A stretch of 64,000 nt of DNA. Origin: Sphagnum compactum. Its lineage: Eukaryota. Below are positions 1 to 14,191 of the stretch, one piece after another (the stretch's first letter is position 1; each line of letters begins with the position of its first letter). Made by a program: the position numbers and the translations under genes. Location: positions 4,960,001-5,024,000 of the forward strand of contig OZ234494.1 in the NCBI GenBank assembly GCA_965153455.1, written 5' to 3'. The notes under the pieces are model-generated. The model was not told the origin of the DNA and searched no databases. It saw only the letters and a program-made list of their open reading frames with translations.

Positions 1-2078
1 GTAGCATTTTGGCTACACATGCAGGAAAAATAGGTAAAATATTGTGAAAATGTGCAAATTTCATGCTTTGGATCACTTATTTCATTAGGCTCTAAAACAT
101 GAATGCCCAATAGGCTACACTATTTCTAACAGTCATAATGGGTGAACACAATGCCCAACCTCTCACCACCTATTTGAGTCCCCATGTATGCACATGGTTT
201 TTTACTCTAGAATTTGTATGCCTATGTGGGTTGGCTATGGTTTATTTAACATCTGAAATGGCCAAGTGAATAGAACCCACCACCTTGATTTACAAGGCAA
301 AAATGACTCTTAGCCAATTGGCTCCTGATAAATAAAATGAAATAACCCACCAAGTAAAATGTTCACTCTGCGGAAGCCATGTTCAACCTGTAGGTTTTCT
401 TGAATGGAGGTTATCATTTTCCCACAACTTGCACTAGCTTCTACAATTGGCTCATGTGCTAAAATACCACTATTAGAGATCAAAGATCAAAAGGTGTAGT
501 AGTTGCTATTCTGAGTCATATCTTCATATGCAAAGTGCCCAGAATATTAGTTGTAAGCTTTCTTAATGTCTTTGTTGGCTCTGCCCTTCAGGGTAGAGAC
601 ATTGTGATGCACCCAGAAAGGGGCCAAAGTTTGGTATCCCCGCATTCTAGGGTCACTGTAAAAAAATTCAGACATAATTGAAACATCCACTTGGGTTTCA
701 CCATGCTATGTTGAATGTTTATCATCTTTGTGGATGTCATTTAAAGGGCAGAGTCATTATGTGACCAGCTGTGTTTACTATGTACCAGGACCGCAGTATG
801 GCACCTTCTGATCCATGTGGTATTTAGCATGAGAGTTTTTCACAGTGATGTGTAGCATCAATAAGAGTCTGCACCCATGAAATTCTTACAAGGGGTGTTG
901 TGTGGAGGTTGTATGAGAAAGGTTTGCTGATGAACTACTTTTGAGGAGCAGTAAAATTGGCATGGGTTTTGTCCTGAAAGCAAGACATCCTTTTTGCAGG
1001 AAGATAAGTAACTTTTTTTCATGATGACTAATGTGAACATCCCTACACCCTGCTACAGAACCATGTGGGTGCTGCACAGGGTGCCACACTAACACCCACA
1101 AAGCTCATAGGGGGTGTTCAACATCCTCCAGGTATTGGCAGCTGAGTTTAAGTGAGGCCGATGTCTACACAGATGATCATGGGACCATAACAATCCAACT
1201 CACAAAACAAGAGGAACATTTTAAAATCTAGAATCATGCACAGGGTTGTCCTACTTTTCTCATGACAAGACCTGAGATTGTGACATCTCTCTAGATTGCA
1301 TTAAGCAGAATGCATCGTCTTCACCTTTACAAACCACTTCCAAGTGCTGAACAATTGCCATGAACTTGACTTATTTACCAATTGATATTTCCATCCAACA
1401 TATGGTCACCATCCATATAAGAACTATGTTTCAACCATCAGCAAGAAAAACTCTACCTTGAAAGCTAACACTTCCACTCAAAAAGTTCAACTCACAGATA
1501 GTTATTGGCAAATGAGAAGGTAGATAAATGAGCCTAGGTTGGTGCCCAATTCCTGAAATCAATAGTTCAATAACCAAACAAGCATATGGTATATTTACCC
1601 ACTTTTCACTTGATGGATTGAACCTGGATATGCTGAAAATGCTGACCAATCAGGAAACTAAAGAAAGGTTCAACAAAGAAAACATGAAATAACATACAAA
1701 CATCACCTCAAAGCATCATTACAACTCCTTACCCAATACAATGATCAATTCAAGGATACTGATGGTCAAGACTGATACCTCAAACCTTTGTTGGTCCACA
1801 CTTAAAATGTGTCATAGATTTTAATAGTCTCAACTTCCACTCAGTGTCCAAAATAACTCCATAGAGACATAAGATGAAAGAGGCACCAGACCTAAGTGCT
1901 AAAAATTGGCAGAGGCATGAAACCAAAACTCCAGGGAGGTTGCTCCATGGCCACGTTTTCAGTGGTACCACATCTGATAATGCTGTGGAACCTTGACTCT
2001 GTAACAATCCCACTAGACATGCTATTGTAAACAAAATGAACTTGATGAGATAGTCTTTGACAAGACAGATTATTGGTA

Positions 2079-2856
2079 TCACCAGTAGTCCCTGCAAGAA
2101 CAAACACCAACTTCAAAGTGATGAAAGAGATTGGCATCCCTCACCATGATTGCTCTCCCAACTATTTTTGAGATAAAAGTTATGGATGTGTGAAAATCTT
2201 CACAAAACCACAGATATTTTCTTACTCGGAGAGGATTACCAGGAGCTATGTTGATGAGCCCAAATGCAATAGCTAGTTTCTCATTATGGTGGCACAAATG
2301 AAGCACCTTTTCTTCTTCCACATCATGCAGAACAAATTTTGTATAAACGACATATACACATGATTGCTGATGACAATCTCTGCAGTGTTGCACAGATTTC
2401 AATCATCTGAGGGTGGTCCTAATCAACTTCTACAAACGTATGCACCCATTACTCACTTCAATCCAGTTGCAACCTGGCTATTTCTTCACACTTATTGCCT
2501 TCCTCTGCTGTTTGACATTCCCACAGAGATGGCCATTGCCAACAGCAGCAGAGATGTTTGTTTGCAGCACATAACCAGCAGCATTTTCAGGCTCCAATTC
2601 AAGAATTCGTTTAGCACTGCATTCTCCCATCTCCACATTGCCATGAATACTGAGTGTTGAGCAATGCCATCCATGGAGCCACATGTGGATTCCAGGGCAT
2701 TGCCCTGATCATCTTCTCTGCCTCTTGTAGATAGCCAGCATTGCCAAGAAGGTCAACCATGCACGTGTAATGTTCCTATTTTGCAGAAATCATATACTGT
2801 GTGACCATTGAAGCATAACAGCGAATGCCTTCATCACCAGACCTGCATGGCTACAA
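2079..2856 (-). pseudogene. 5'-truncated PLS-class PPR protein, E/E+/DYW C-terminal part (RNA-editing factor relic)
   Basis: Manual translation: [63 protein letters not shown]..; ORF 2079-2402 ends HHNEKLAIAFGLI..CEDFH..RDANLFHHFEVGVCSCRDYW. In-frame stop, frameshifts, and homology stops abruptly near 2856. Confidence 0.9.
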
Positions 2857-5601
2857 GGTAAAATTAAGGCTGGGCAACTTAAGACCTTGCAAGCCCGAGA
2901 AGGGCACCAGTGTCGCAACCAGAAACAAGCTTGAGCAGACTGGTTCGAAGCACAGCTCGCCACAAATAAGACGAAACAATCGAGAGTCTTGCGTGCAAAG
3001 AAGACTGTAACGTTCAGGCCAAATTGGTGAGCGTGATACTACAGTACGCAGACGTAAACAACGATGAAGGGCAAGATGCAATGGAAAATGAGAGGGGACA
3101 CGAGCCACAATAACGGATGAAGCACTTGCCCGGCCCCCATTCCCACCCTCGGGCGAAATCTCGACACCGTTTTCCTTGTTTCGTTCTGAATCCGACTTAT
3201 AAGTAAGATTCATCATTTTGTTGTCGTGATTTTAAGAAATTCTAATTTAATTTGTGTTGGATCTGATCTAGTGTTGTCGTGTGTGTATTTTTAGTTCTTT
3301 AAAATTCAGATCCTTGTTTTTGTTTTTTGGATCTGAAATTGGAAGATTTTTAGTTTTGATGTCGTGTTCTTCACATCTGTTGCGAAGAGAATGAATCTCT
3401 GTGAAAGGATTTGAGGGCCGTAATACGAACAAGCGCCCGGAAAAGAAAAAACAAACTTCGCAGCACGGTGTCGCTAAAACTGACTCTAGGTGGGGGGATG
3501 ATGAACATGGCTGTTGGAAGATCGTCTCCTCCTTTGGCTGTAAAACTGCAGCCAGTGATTTTCCATAAACTGGCGCTCGCAAGGAGAGTAGATGCACATT
3601 TTCACTTCCACTATGTATAATATTTCAAGGTTGTCGAGAGCTTCATCAAAAGTAGGAAATTCGATTTTGCTGAGATGGTAATTTTTTTAGGGCTGACACG
3701 ATCCTCTTGAGCGAGTTGTAACGCATCCATGATGCAGCAACTTTCTTGTCTGACTTGAATCATCAGCCATCTTTCGTCCCAAAAAGCATTCATGAAATTT
3801 TTGGAAAAAGCAGAAAAAAACCAGAGAAACAGAAAGCACCCGTGCGTTACACGATATGATTGCTGGTAGGGTTCAGAAGAATTAACAGGAAGCTCATCAT
3901 CAGGAAGAACATCGAGGAGGAACTCAGGCAGGTTCTGTGTTTCTGTCTTCTCTAAACCTTTGAAGAGTTATAGGTATTAGGATCTCGTGATACCACGCTT
4001 CATGAGCTCTTCAAGAAGTTCCACATGGCAGAAGGACTTTTTGAAGAAGTTACTAAAGTGCGCAAGCTTTGATCTTTTCGTCCGTTTATGTACCATTCGG
4101 AAAATACCAATCTGTGAGAAAATATCTACTTCCTGACGTCATGGAAACAAGTAGTGAGCGTTCTACAATGACAGTGTGCATCTGCTTGTAAACATTTTTA
4201 ACGTACTTCTTTCTCCTAGTATACGTGTCTTGTTGCGAAGCTCCCACCGGATCCGGAAGAGGAAAATCACGACGTAGAAACTCCTATATTCGGTGTCTGC
4301 AGCAGCGGGTCCCTCTTTTTCTTCTTCTTTGAATAAAAATGTGCCGTGGCGACCGGATCTAGAGATAAGAAGGCATGGCCCTTGGCAGTTTGTCTTCTTG
4401 CCGTGCATCACCCTGCAGGACATCATATTGACCCGGTTTCTTCGATCGTCACTCACTTTTGCTTGCTTGATCTCAGTGTCAATGAATGCCCTATCCAATC
4501 ACTGCATGATACTTCTCTGTCGATCCTTCCCCTTTTGGCTCCATTCATACTGTCTTGAGAGGCTAGATTGAACACGAGCATGTTAGTCTTCTGCTACGAT
4601 TTGCAACGTTTCACTGGTGCTGTTCGTTCTTACATACCTATATTTCCTCAGGAATACCTACTCTTTTTGCTCGGACAGAATTGTTTGCGGGCCTCCGGGT
4701 GTTACGTTTTATGCTTCCTCTGACGAGCTTAGACAGTGGTTTGCTTTTCGTTGCATTGATAAGCCAAATTTTGTACATGGCCTTGATTGCTAATATTAGG
4801 TTTGGATTGCTCATCTTCACAGGCCATTCGAAAGCATGCTTCCCCTCATTGCCATTGATTTATTATCTTGTGGAATTACATTGTTATTTGTATTTCTCTT
4901 ATGATTCAGGCACTCACGGATGGAAGAACCTGCAGTTATATTCATAACTCTGGCAGCAAAGAGCCATATTATAATGAGGTACACGAGCATGAGAAGCACT
5001 GAGAGCATAATTCACAATTTCACTCCTATGAAACACAATTGTTTGCACATGTTGTTGCTTCAATTGGCAATTCCTGTGCAAAACTGTAGTGGTGAAACTA
5101 GCAGGTTGTCATCTGAATGCATTCATTAGAGGCCTTCAACACGGGTTCCAGCAATTTACAACCCAAAGTAGTCTGGAGCATTTGATGTAAGCAAAATGCT
5201 TCCTCCACCTCTCAGGGATGGTAATCTTGCCTGTTCAAATGATTGCTTTCACTCCAAATCAGCTGCTTGGGACCTTTCCTAGCAACATTAGCAGCAAACA
5301 GAAAGCACCCCGTTTTCTCTAGCTACTGGAGAAACACACGGAAAAGTTGGGATGGTTGGACAAGAGATTTAGGGTTTCTACAGTTAGCACTCTCTCTACA
5401 GAGCTGCAAACACGAGGTACAAGACAATAGTCACAAGACCAAGGCCCAGTGGGTATCTAAACATCAGGATAGTAGGTCTTCTGACCAAATTTGGCCGAAC
5501 TCTCTTCAGGCTTGAATTTGGCAATCCTGCATTTGTTGTAGCTGGGTTGAAGCCTCGTTTGGATGACACAGGGGAAGTTTGATGATAAGATTCTTTGGCA
5601 T

Positions 5602-7381
5602 TTAGTCACAGTCAGAGAGAAATGATTTGCCAGCTTCATAAGTGGACCAGCAAATGGCAGCAGCTGGTGTGTGGAAGAGAACACGAGGTCGAAGCCCACG
5701 CAGCAGTGCTGAAAGCCCTTCCTCTGCTACTATTCTACGCACAGCATCTACAACTGAGCAGCTCATGAACCGCTGTGCCCCTGACACCCCCTGCCACTCC
5801 CTCACCAAGGTTCAAAACCCCTTCAGCCCTTCCATCCAATCCAAAAGCAGGTACAAAATGAAACTGAAAACACATGCATCAAGTAAGCATTTGGATACCA
5901 GTGGAGCTCTTAATCATAGATATGGTTCCTTCAGAGCTTCACATTGCTCCAATTTCACACAATTGAAGAAAATTTCTCTCTCTCTCCCTCTCTCTCTCTG
6001 TCTCAAAGTTTCCATTCAGTTAGTGATTTGGTTCTTGACGAAAATTGCAATAGAATTGCAACTTGCAACGACTTGGAAAATAGTCAGGCTTGACGTTCAC
6101 CTACTCGAAGGACAAACTCCTTTGACAATGAAAACTGCAAATTTCCTGATCTGGCGGTTCTATCAGGCATACTGATTTCACGCTTTGTGCACTTTCTTGT
6201 CCATGACTGATAAGTAAGAAATTCATAATGTCAATCAACTGTTGTTTACATTGCAGTGGCAAGGGCACTGCGATGTAAACAGAGCTTGTAACAATGCTCT
6301 TGCTTTCCTTCCCTCACCAGAAGGCTGATCTGAAGAGCTGAAATTACTGAGAGAGAGAGTTTTTTCAGCCAAGAAATTGCCCCGTAAAAGTCCTTTGGAT
6401 AGGATCCACCGGGACGGTGTACCTGGCACTGAAGGCGGGTCTTAACAACGTCCAGAGGCGTGGTCACAGCGCTAGCGAGTGCTCCTGCAGCACCACCTGC
6501 AGTCACGTGCACCAGTAAGTGCTCCTCGTCCACTTTGTCTGGCGATACCTCCATCAGCAGCTGGCATCACAAATGCGTTGTGCACAAGTGAGAGGAGAAT
6601 GATTGGAAAAGCATCCTTGCTGCTGGTGATTCAAACACTTACACAATCCCTCCTTAGAAAAGTAAAACTAAAGACTTGCAGCGTGAGGAATGGAATGGAA
6701 ATCTACCTTTTTTGCAGCTTCATAGGATGCAAAATGTACAGCTGTGAAGGGAACATTCATGATGACAGTAGTAGGGTACGAAGTATAGAAAGCTCCAAAT
6801 CCTTCTACTCGAAGCATAGTCGCGATGCAATGCGTCAAACCCCTGTAGGGAGTGTGCTTCAGCTGTAATCTTTGCTTCACAACGTCCATGGGAGTGAAAA
6901 CGGCATCACTGGCCACTGTTGCCAGCGCTCCTGCAGCCCCGTGTGCCAGAGGATGGTATCCTTTTTCATTCCCGCCCAACTTCTGCTTGCAAACTTCGTA
7001 CACGGAGAAGTAAACAGCATGGGCAGGTCCAGCTCCTAGACCCATTGCTCCAATCCCTCGGTACAGTCCCACAGCCCCCTCTGATTTGACGATGGAAACC
7101 AGAGCCCTAGAGACTGTTGAGTGACGAGAACCACCAGCACTTGCTAACATCTGCATTCGTGTTTTCAGCGTATCAACGGGGAACATTGCCATGTGTTCCA
7201 CCATTCCGGCGACAGAACCAGCAAGCATGTAGTGGCCAAATTTAAGTCCATCGTGTAGCTCATTCTCTTTTGCTTGAGTGACGCTCTCACGCTTAGGAAA
7301 ACTGGTCAGGTCTGCCTCATGGGCATAGCTTAACGGTGACAACCGATGCCTTTCTCGCAGATCAGACGCTGTCTCAGCCAT
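5602..7381 (-). CDS. Mitoferrin-like mitochondrial iron carrier (SLC25/MRS3-4 family), 3 exons, ~333 aa
   Basis: Exons 7381-6707, 6560-6423, 5790-5602 with GT-AG phase-0 introns. Three carrier signatures (FPVDTLKTRMQ, TPMDVVKQRLQ, TPLDVVKTRLQ) and the mitoferrin-type motifs GAGPAHAVYF and MNVPFTAVHF. Confidence 0.92.
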
Positions 7382-9448
7382 GCGCTATGCCACAGAAATT
7401 AAGTCTCTTGACTTTACCACCACCTCCACCTCTCTTACCGGGTTACACTTGTTTCCAACGGGATAGCTCTAGAAGGAGCTTCTGGAGCAGAATCAAACGT
7501 CTACGTGCTCCTTGAAGGCTAAACACGCTGAATTGCATGCAAGATTGAGGTAACTTCTGATCCTGTCCACAATTCCAATTGGTTCCAATTTCAGTACTGG
7601 AAAAAAAATCTCATACAATGCATCTCTGCACTAGGTGCGATTGAGTAGAATACAGTCACAGATGTTCCTGATCTCCATTCTCAATTGGGACAGATGCAAA
7701 CATCCTCCTGCTCTCTTCCCGTTCAGCTCTTTCTGCAGCCTCCTTCTTTGCTTCTGTTACTAGTGATTAAGTCCAGATCTATATTCTTGTTCTATTCATG
7801 GAGGAAAAGCCCCAAAATCCAATAACTAGTGTAGAGCTCAAAGCTTTTACAAAACTTAGTTGCTGATGAGATCAGTACAAGATCCCCATAATAGCCTGTG
7901 AATTGACACTCTGCAAAGCTAACATCGGATCCGACAAACCAGGAAGGAGTACCTATTGGAGACAGAGCAGAAGATATATACACGAAATGACTCTCTCCGC
8001 GAGTTCTTTGCATTATAGACAAACACAATGTTATTTTGCTTACTTGTGCAGTGACGCAGGCGGACGGGTGCAGACGAAGAGGGAGTACAAAGAATCAACC
8101 TCCCTATAAAAAAGTGCAACGTTCTACTTCAAATTGGCTGGCCCTATAGCAAATCAGGTAAGTAAGAATTATTGCTTTTCATTTCACAACCTCCTTTTTT
8201 TTTTTTTTTTCTCCTTTGCAAATGGCATCATCATCAGCACTTTTATTCACAATCATCCACAAGAGTAGGGATCCCTGGGGCACCGTGTTACATCTTCCTA
8301 AATAGTATCTATCTGCCTTTTGTGGCTAAGATATTAATCAACCCTTTGCCATCTGCCTTTAGTAGGTAACATTACCAAACTCAATTGTATTGAAATCAAT
8401 CACACTTGGCCAGAGTCATCCATCCAACACCCGCCAGTTCACCACAAAGGATGGATGGTCTGTGGACAGGAAATTGGTTTCTCATTGCATTAATGTCCCA
8501 TAACTAACCACGGTGTATGAACAGCCATGTATGAACCATCCACATGCATCTACATACCTAGTAGCAACCCAATAAAACTTATGGTTTTTAGTTTTTACCA
8601 TGGTGCCAGTGTAGGTGATGGTAGATTATCCACAACTGAGATAAAACACTCACACAGTTGCCATTTTAATGAGCAAAGCTTATATTTGTTGAAAACTACA
8701 ATGAGGACACTTCTTCTCCCTTGTTGTTTCACCTTCACCCAAATGGCTAGTGAAGGCAAAATCTTATTTCGGATGTAGTAGGTATGCGCATGATCTGGAA
8801 CACTAGTGGATGTTCATCTTCAGGATTCTTTTGGAGGCTTAAAATTTATTATTGGAGGGACAAAAGCTTTGTGGCCTCAAGTTAAAGATAACAGATGCAT
8901 GATACCAAGCTTCACCTATTTATCATTGTTTTAAGATGAGGGGGGCTTTCCATTCCATATGAAAAACACATAGGTATGTGTGCACTGACTGGGTCAGATC
9001 CCCAAAACGACTTTCTTTTGTTATTAAGTGAACAGTTGAAGTCTTTGGTACGCAACTTCTTGAGTGGGTGAATGAAGGAAGCTCATGGGAGCTTTATTTG
9101 TGATTGGGTGCATCTAGAATAAAATGTATGTGTCCTTCAGGTTTCAAACTCTCAAAATCATTAGTTACTCTTACAAACCCTAGACACCTATAGTGTTATA
9201 TAGTTACTATGTGTGATTTTTTGTGCATATCACTACTTCTTTTATGTTGTCTTGCCAAAGGAACTTGACTTCAGCAATCTTTTTCAATTCCCTGACAGGA
9301 CTAGATTTGTGTGGTTGTATTATCTCTTTTCATGTATAGATGATTTGTGTGATTTTCAGACTACCTGACAAAGATTGCAAAATTGTGAAATGTTATTCAA
9401 CTGAATAATTGCAAAAGGCAGATTTGTATTTACTAAGTAGGTCAAGAG

Positions 9449-9620
9449 CAGTGTTGTGCATGTAAATGTTTTTACATTTACACTGCGTGTAAGTGTAGAA
9501 AATTTGCTTAGAAAAGTGTAAGTGTACAACAATGTAAACAAATTTTAGGTAATGTAAAACAATGTAAGTGTAAATGTTTTACATTTTTTACACTTTTTTC
9601 ACACTTAACAATTTTTTTTG
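9449..9620 (+). mobile_element. Putative hAT-type terminus CAGTGTTGTGCATGTAA with TGTAA/TTACA subterminal repeats; same 17-mer at 42422
   Basis: Identical CAGTGTTGTGCATGTAA at 9449 and 42422, each followed by TGTAAG/TTTACA-rich sequence. No matching opposite terminus found. Confidence 0.45.
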
Positions 9621-10199
9621 CATTGATTTACATTGTCATTTTTTTCAATACTTTTTGTTTTTTATATTTATAACTTTTTGAATTATTTTATACTTAGATT
9701 AATTTACATAACATTTATGTTGCTTTATGCTATCTAAGTGTAAAACAAGAATGTAAATAGAAAGTGTGAGACTCAAAAGCAAAGCAAGCTCCTAAGCTTG
9801 CAACAAGCAACGGCTATGGTGGGTGGCACATTTCACACAACCTCAAAAAACTTGCTAAAAGTTAAATCCTAGAGTTACCTCTTTTTACATTTACATGGTC
9901 AATTTTTTTAAGACACCTTGGGTTTTTATACACTTTGGATTTTGAAGTTTGGACAGTTGATCACCATGGTTGGTTGCACAACGCACCATTGGTGACTCCT
10001 CATCATCACCCAAATTCATTTTTCATGATTTTTTTTTCATGATCACTTAAAAAAATGCAAGTTTTCAACTCCTTAGTGCCCTTCTCAATTGTATTTCTTA
10101 AAAAGTATATTGTGATCTAGCTTTCTCATGATGCATAGCTACTATAGTCCATTTCATTTTGGTTGGTCTTGATCCTACAAACGATAGTCTAATGCCATT

Positions 10200-10760
10200 T
10201 TTTTTTATCGTGTTCATGGTAGGTTTCAATTCTCATTGTGTGTAGGCACTTACCAACATTGGGTCATCGCCATGGTGTGGCGATCACACACTAGCGAGTG
10301 CCCATAATTTTTCTTGATCATGTTCATGTTCATGGTCTGATTTTGTGTAAGCATTGGTGATTAACCAACAACGATCATGATCTAATTTTGTGTAGGCATT
10401 GGTGATTAAGCAACATCGATCATGATCATGGTGTGATGGCAGTAGTTGCCCATAATTGTTTTCCATCGTATTCATGATTTCATTTTGTGTACACATTAAC
10501 AAAATTGGTCATCATCATGGTGCAACAGTCATGCAATGGTAGGTGCCCATGCTTTTTTTCCCTCTTGTTCATGATTTTATTTGTGTAGGCAAAATGGTGG
10601 TGCGATGGTGGTAAGTGCACATTATTTTTTTCCTTCCTTTTCATGGTTTTTTTTGTGTGTAGGTAACATCGATCATCATCATGGTGAAGCAATTGTAGGT
10701 GGCCATAATTCGTTATCATGTTCGTCATTTTCTTTTGTGTAGACATCACCACAATAGTTT
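10200..10760. repeat. Degenerate tandem array upstream of hAT relic 1
   Basis: Recurring blocks TTTGTGTAGGCA...CATCATGGTG...GTGCCCATAATT, several diverged copies. Confidence 0.6.
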
Positions 10761-11499
10761 ATGATTTATCGCTAAACAAGAAACGTCTAGTGTGATCACT
10801 TGGAAACAATAGCCTAATCATTGTGCAATTGTCCAGTGTCATCAATGATTAGTGATCATCCATGCAATGCCGCAACAACTCAACAATAGTCCATTAATCA
10901 TCATGTTCATCTTTGAAGTTTGAAGTTTGAAGTTTTGGACCAATTTTGTAAGCTGATCATTGTGTTCATGTGTTGCATGCACGTTGCAATGCATCCATCA
11001 CCATCCCAACGGTCCTTGCCATTACCACAAATCAACATCACCATTCCATTTATGGTTACGTTTTTTGAAAACCAAACCTAATCATGGTGGTGTTGTGCAC
11101 ATTATAAACCATTGTAGTTGCCATTTGTGATTTAATCTTTTCTTAAAAAGTTCATTGTCATGCTACTAGAATCCATGGCCATTTCATGATTATCTTGTTT
11201 GTTTCAATCCTTTGTTGGTTTGGTCATTGTGAAATACTCTAAGTATTAGCAATCCACATGATCCATCATCATTGTTTTTTCTACTTTTGTTCTTGGTCAT
11301 CCTTTTATTCATTAACATGTCAAAAATATAGCCCCCTAAGAACTTCAAATATAAATATATTTTTTGGCGACAATTCTCGTCACTAACGTTGCTTCTTCTA
11401 TTAATTATTCACCTAATGATATTCCTACAATTTATAAATTGCAAAGTTTGAATGCATGACAATGGGTCAAACAATGGTAGTTAAGAACATTGAGATTGC

Positions 11500-13680
11500 A
11501 AAAAAAAGAAAAAGGGCTATGAGTTGAATACGCACTTCCAAAATAATTGGGCAATGAAACTTTTGTGGGCTAAATTTGTGTTAGGTTCTATTGGGAAAGT
11601 TATTCAAGTGCGATGCAAGATTTGCACATGAATTGAGGGCAAAGATAAGCTCTTGGTTCCAAAGTTAGATTCTATGTGAAAACATGTCAAGGTCATCACA
11701 AAGCTTTGGTAGCCACATGCCAAGGGTAAAAATGGGGGATCATTATTTCCTGAAAAAAAATTCTCATGTGGCCAATGAAGAGTTGTATTGTTCTAAAGGT
11801 TCTAAAATAATGTTGCAGCAAATAACTCATGGTGTCATTCAAGTTGACAAGAAGAAAAACATTGTGCAATTTGCTTTGATTTTCCTCTTGCTTAATCATG
11901 GCCGTCCCATGACAAATCATACAACAATGTAGAAACTATATGTTCAATTGAATGTTCTTAACAATCCAATGAAACTTAGGTCTAATCAAGCAAATTGGGA
12001 GATGGCAAATTCTATGCACGAATAAATTCTCAAAAAAACTTAAAATTTTGTAGTTGTTGGGAGATTTTAAAAAATAATTGCATATGAGGTTATTACCAAT
12101 CTTGGATTTTAGTCCATGTGTATGTGATGCAAGCATGGAGAAGGGTGCCTATCCTCCTCACACTTCAATGTGTTGTTGAAGGGGGTACTACAAATAATCT
12201 AACCTTTGTCATTACACAATCCGTGATGCGGCAAGGAGGGTTAACTAGAGAGGAAGTTGGTGAAAGGTTCATTTGCTTTGGTGTAGATGGAGCTTCTCTT
12301 TTTCAGGGATGCCGCACTGGAGTGACACCTCAACTAAAGGAGAAGCATTCTCCTTACATGATGGGGCAACATTGTATGGCCCATAAAACAAATCTTACAA
12401 TGCAAGCTTTGTCAAACTTAGCAATGGTGTCCAAGTTCGAGGATTTGCTCTAGTTTGTGTATGCTTATTTTTCAAGGTCCCCTAACCGCCATTTGGAATT
12501 CACTAAGCTTGCCAAAATCATGGAAATAAGAGGATTTAAGACTTTTCAAAATGTTCAAACTTAGTGGATTTCAATGTTGGAGCCTTTGAAATGTGTTTTG
12601 GTAGCATACAAAACATTGATTGTGAAGATGCCACAAGACAACATTTGTGTTGCTCAAGCAAGGTTGAATTTCAACCTCCTTTAATTGTGATCTTCACACA
12701 TTGCTAGCCTTGTCTTATTTGTTGCCATTATTGGAGGCAATTAATGTTTTGTTCAAGTTTGTTCAAGGAAAGGACGTTTTCATTTGCAATTTTGTAACAA
12801 TGGTTAAGATTTGTTAAGTTAACCTTTTCATGATGTGTTTTGATCCATTCACAAGCTACCAATGTGAACATTTCTAAGTTTTTTGTGACATTGTGAATAA
12901 CAGCTTTGCCACCATCACCCATAATTACGTTACTAACTTGAACAATGGTACAAAGAACTTATCTTTTTGTATTGCTAGTCATTCCTATCAAGCTCACATT
13001 TTTTATGCAATTGTTAGGGTAAATCAACTTGTGCGTAAGGATGTTTTTTTGACATCCATTGCATATGTGAAATGCCAATGTGTCGTTGTAGCTAAAATGT
13101 TTGTGACAGAATTAGAGAGGTGTTTTATGGATTCAAAGTTGATGGATGCATTTGGCATTGTGTATCATCAATTTTGGATGCAACCAAATGTAAAATTTTC
13201 TTTTTCTTTCCATCTCAGTGTCATCAAAAGACACTATTGAGAATTGAAACGGGTGAAACCTTCACTAAATTAGGTTGTTGAATCTTTGAATGCCAATCTC
13301 CTTGACATGCAACAATCCATGTTTAAGCTCACTATGAAAGCACAAGCAATCAAAGCTATGGCTGAGCCATTTAGTATGAATCTAGTTACAAAGTTGTGGA
13401 TGATAATTATCAATAATTTCAGTGTTATGTCAATGTTAAATGAGTATATGAAGATAACAAAAATAACAATTATTTTTGTGCACTTGGTTCAATGGAAGAT
13501 GAATGTACTTTCTCCACTCTTGCATTCATGAAGGACAAATTGTGCAATTGATTCGGGCCACATTTGAATATGATTGTTCACATGTTTGCACAAGAGTTTT
13601 TCACTTAGGAAAGCTTCCTTTGTCACGAGGGCATTACTAGTTGGAAAGAACAAAAAATGCAAAATGGTGCTACCACTTAA
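11500..13680 (+). mobile_element. Degenerate hAT-superfamily (ZNF862-like) transposase relic, copy 1
   Basis: Fragments VRCKIC (Zn finger), FGVDGASLFQGCRTGV..HSPYMMGQHCMAHKTNL (catalytic D and CxxH), AYFSRSPNRHLEFTKLA, C-terminal GSMEDECTFSTLAFMKDKL (dimerisation region). Many stops and frameshifts. Confidence 0.85.
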
Positions 13681-14191
13681 GAATGGGTGTTGGGCCTTGA
13701 CTAATTTTTTTATGTCTTAATGCTTTTGTTTTCATTATTTAGGCAAGCATGGTGATGTTGTGTTCAAACTTCATCATGAGATTTACTAACATTTGAGTGT
13801 GGTGGGTGAGACTTTAAATTGCATTGGGCAAAGTGTATTGTTGTCAGATTAGGGTTCAACTCCCTTTCAAAGTTTTGGTGTGTTATGTGCAAATTAGAAA
13901 GGATGTTACTTTTAAGCCATTTATGTAGCCAGATTAGTCCTTTGTTATGAATGAAGTAGCCAAATACATGCATTAGTTTCTTTTATAAGTGCCAGCTAGA
14001 ATTAGGTTGAAAAAATTGGATTTATCACTTTTAACTTCTTTTGAAAAAATTATATATGCCAAAAACAAACTTGCCAAGTGATAAGGGGCCAACTATTCCT
14101 ATGCCAAAATTGTTAGGGAAGCCACTTTGGCAAACAAAAGGACAGGAGTGATGCCACTTGCACACATTTTAAAATTTATAAAAGAAACCCT

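Noticed and set aside
340-2050. Several exon-like minus-strand segments with AG/GT-like borders
   Set aside because: No consistent reading frame and no recognisable protein family.
2851-4950. GC-richer ORFs (2851-3216, 3268-3597, 4293-4571, 4681-4947)
   Set aside because: No recognisable domains or coherent gene model; would need BLASTX or RNA-seq.
5642-6868. Plus-strand ORFs over the mitoferrin gene (likewise antisense ORFs over CCDC47 and PKL)
   Set aside because: Antisense shadows of real coding exons.
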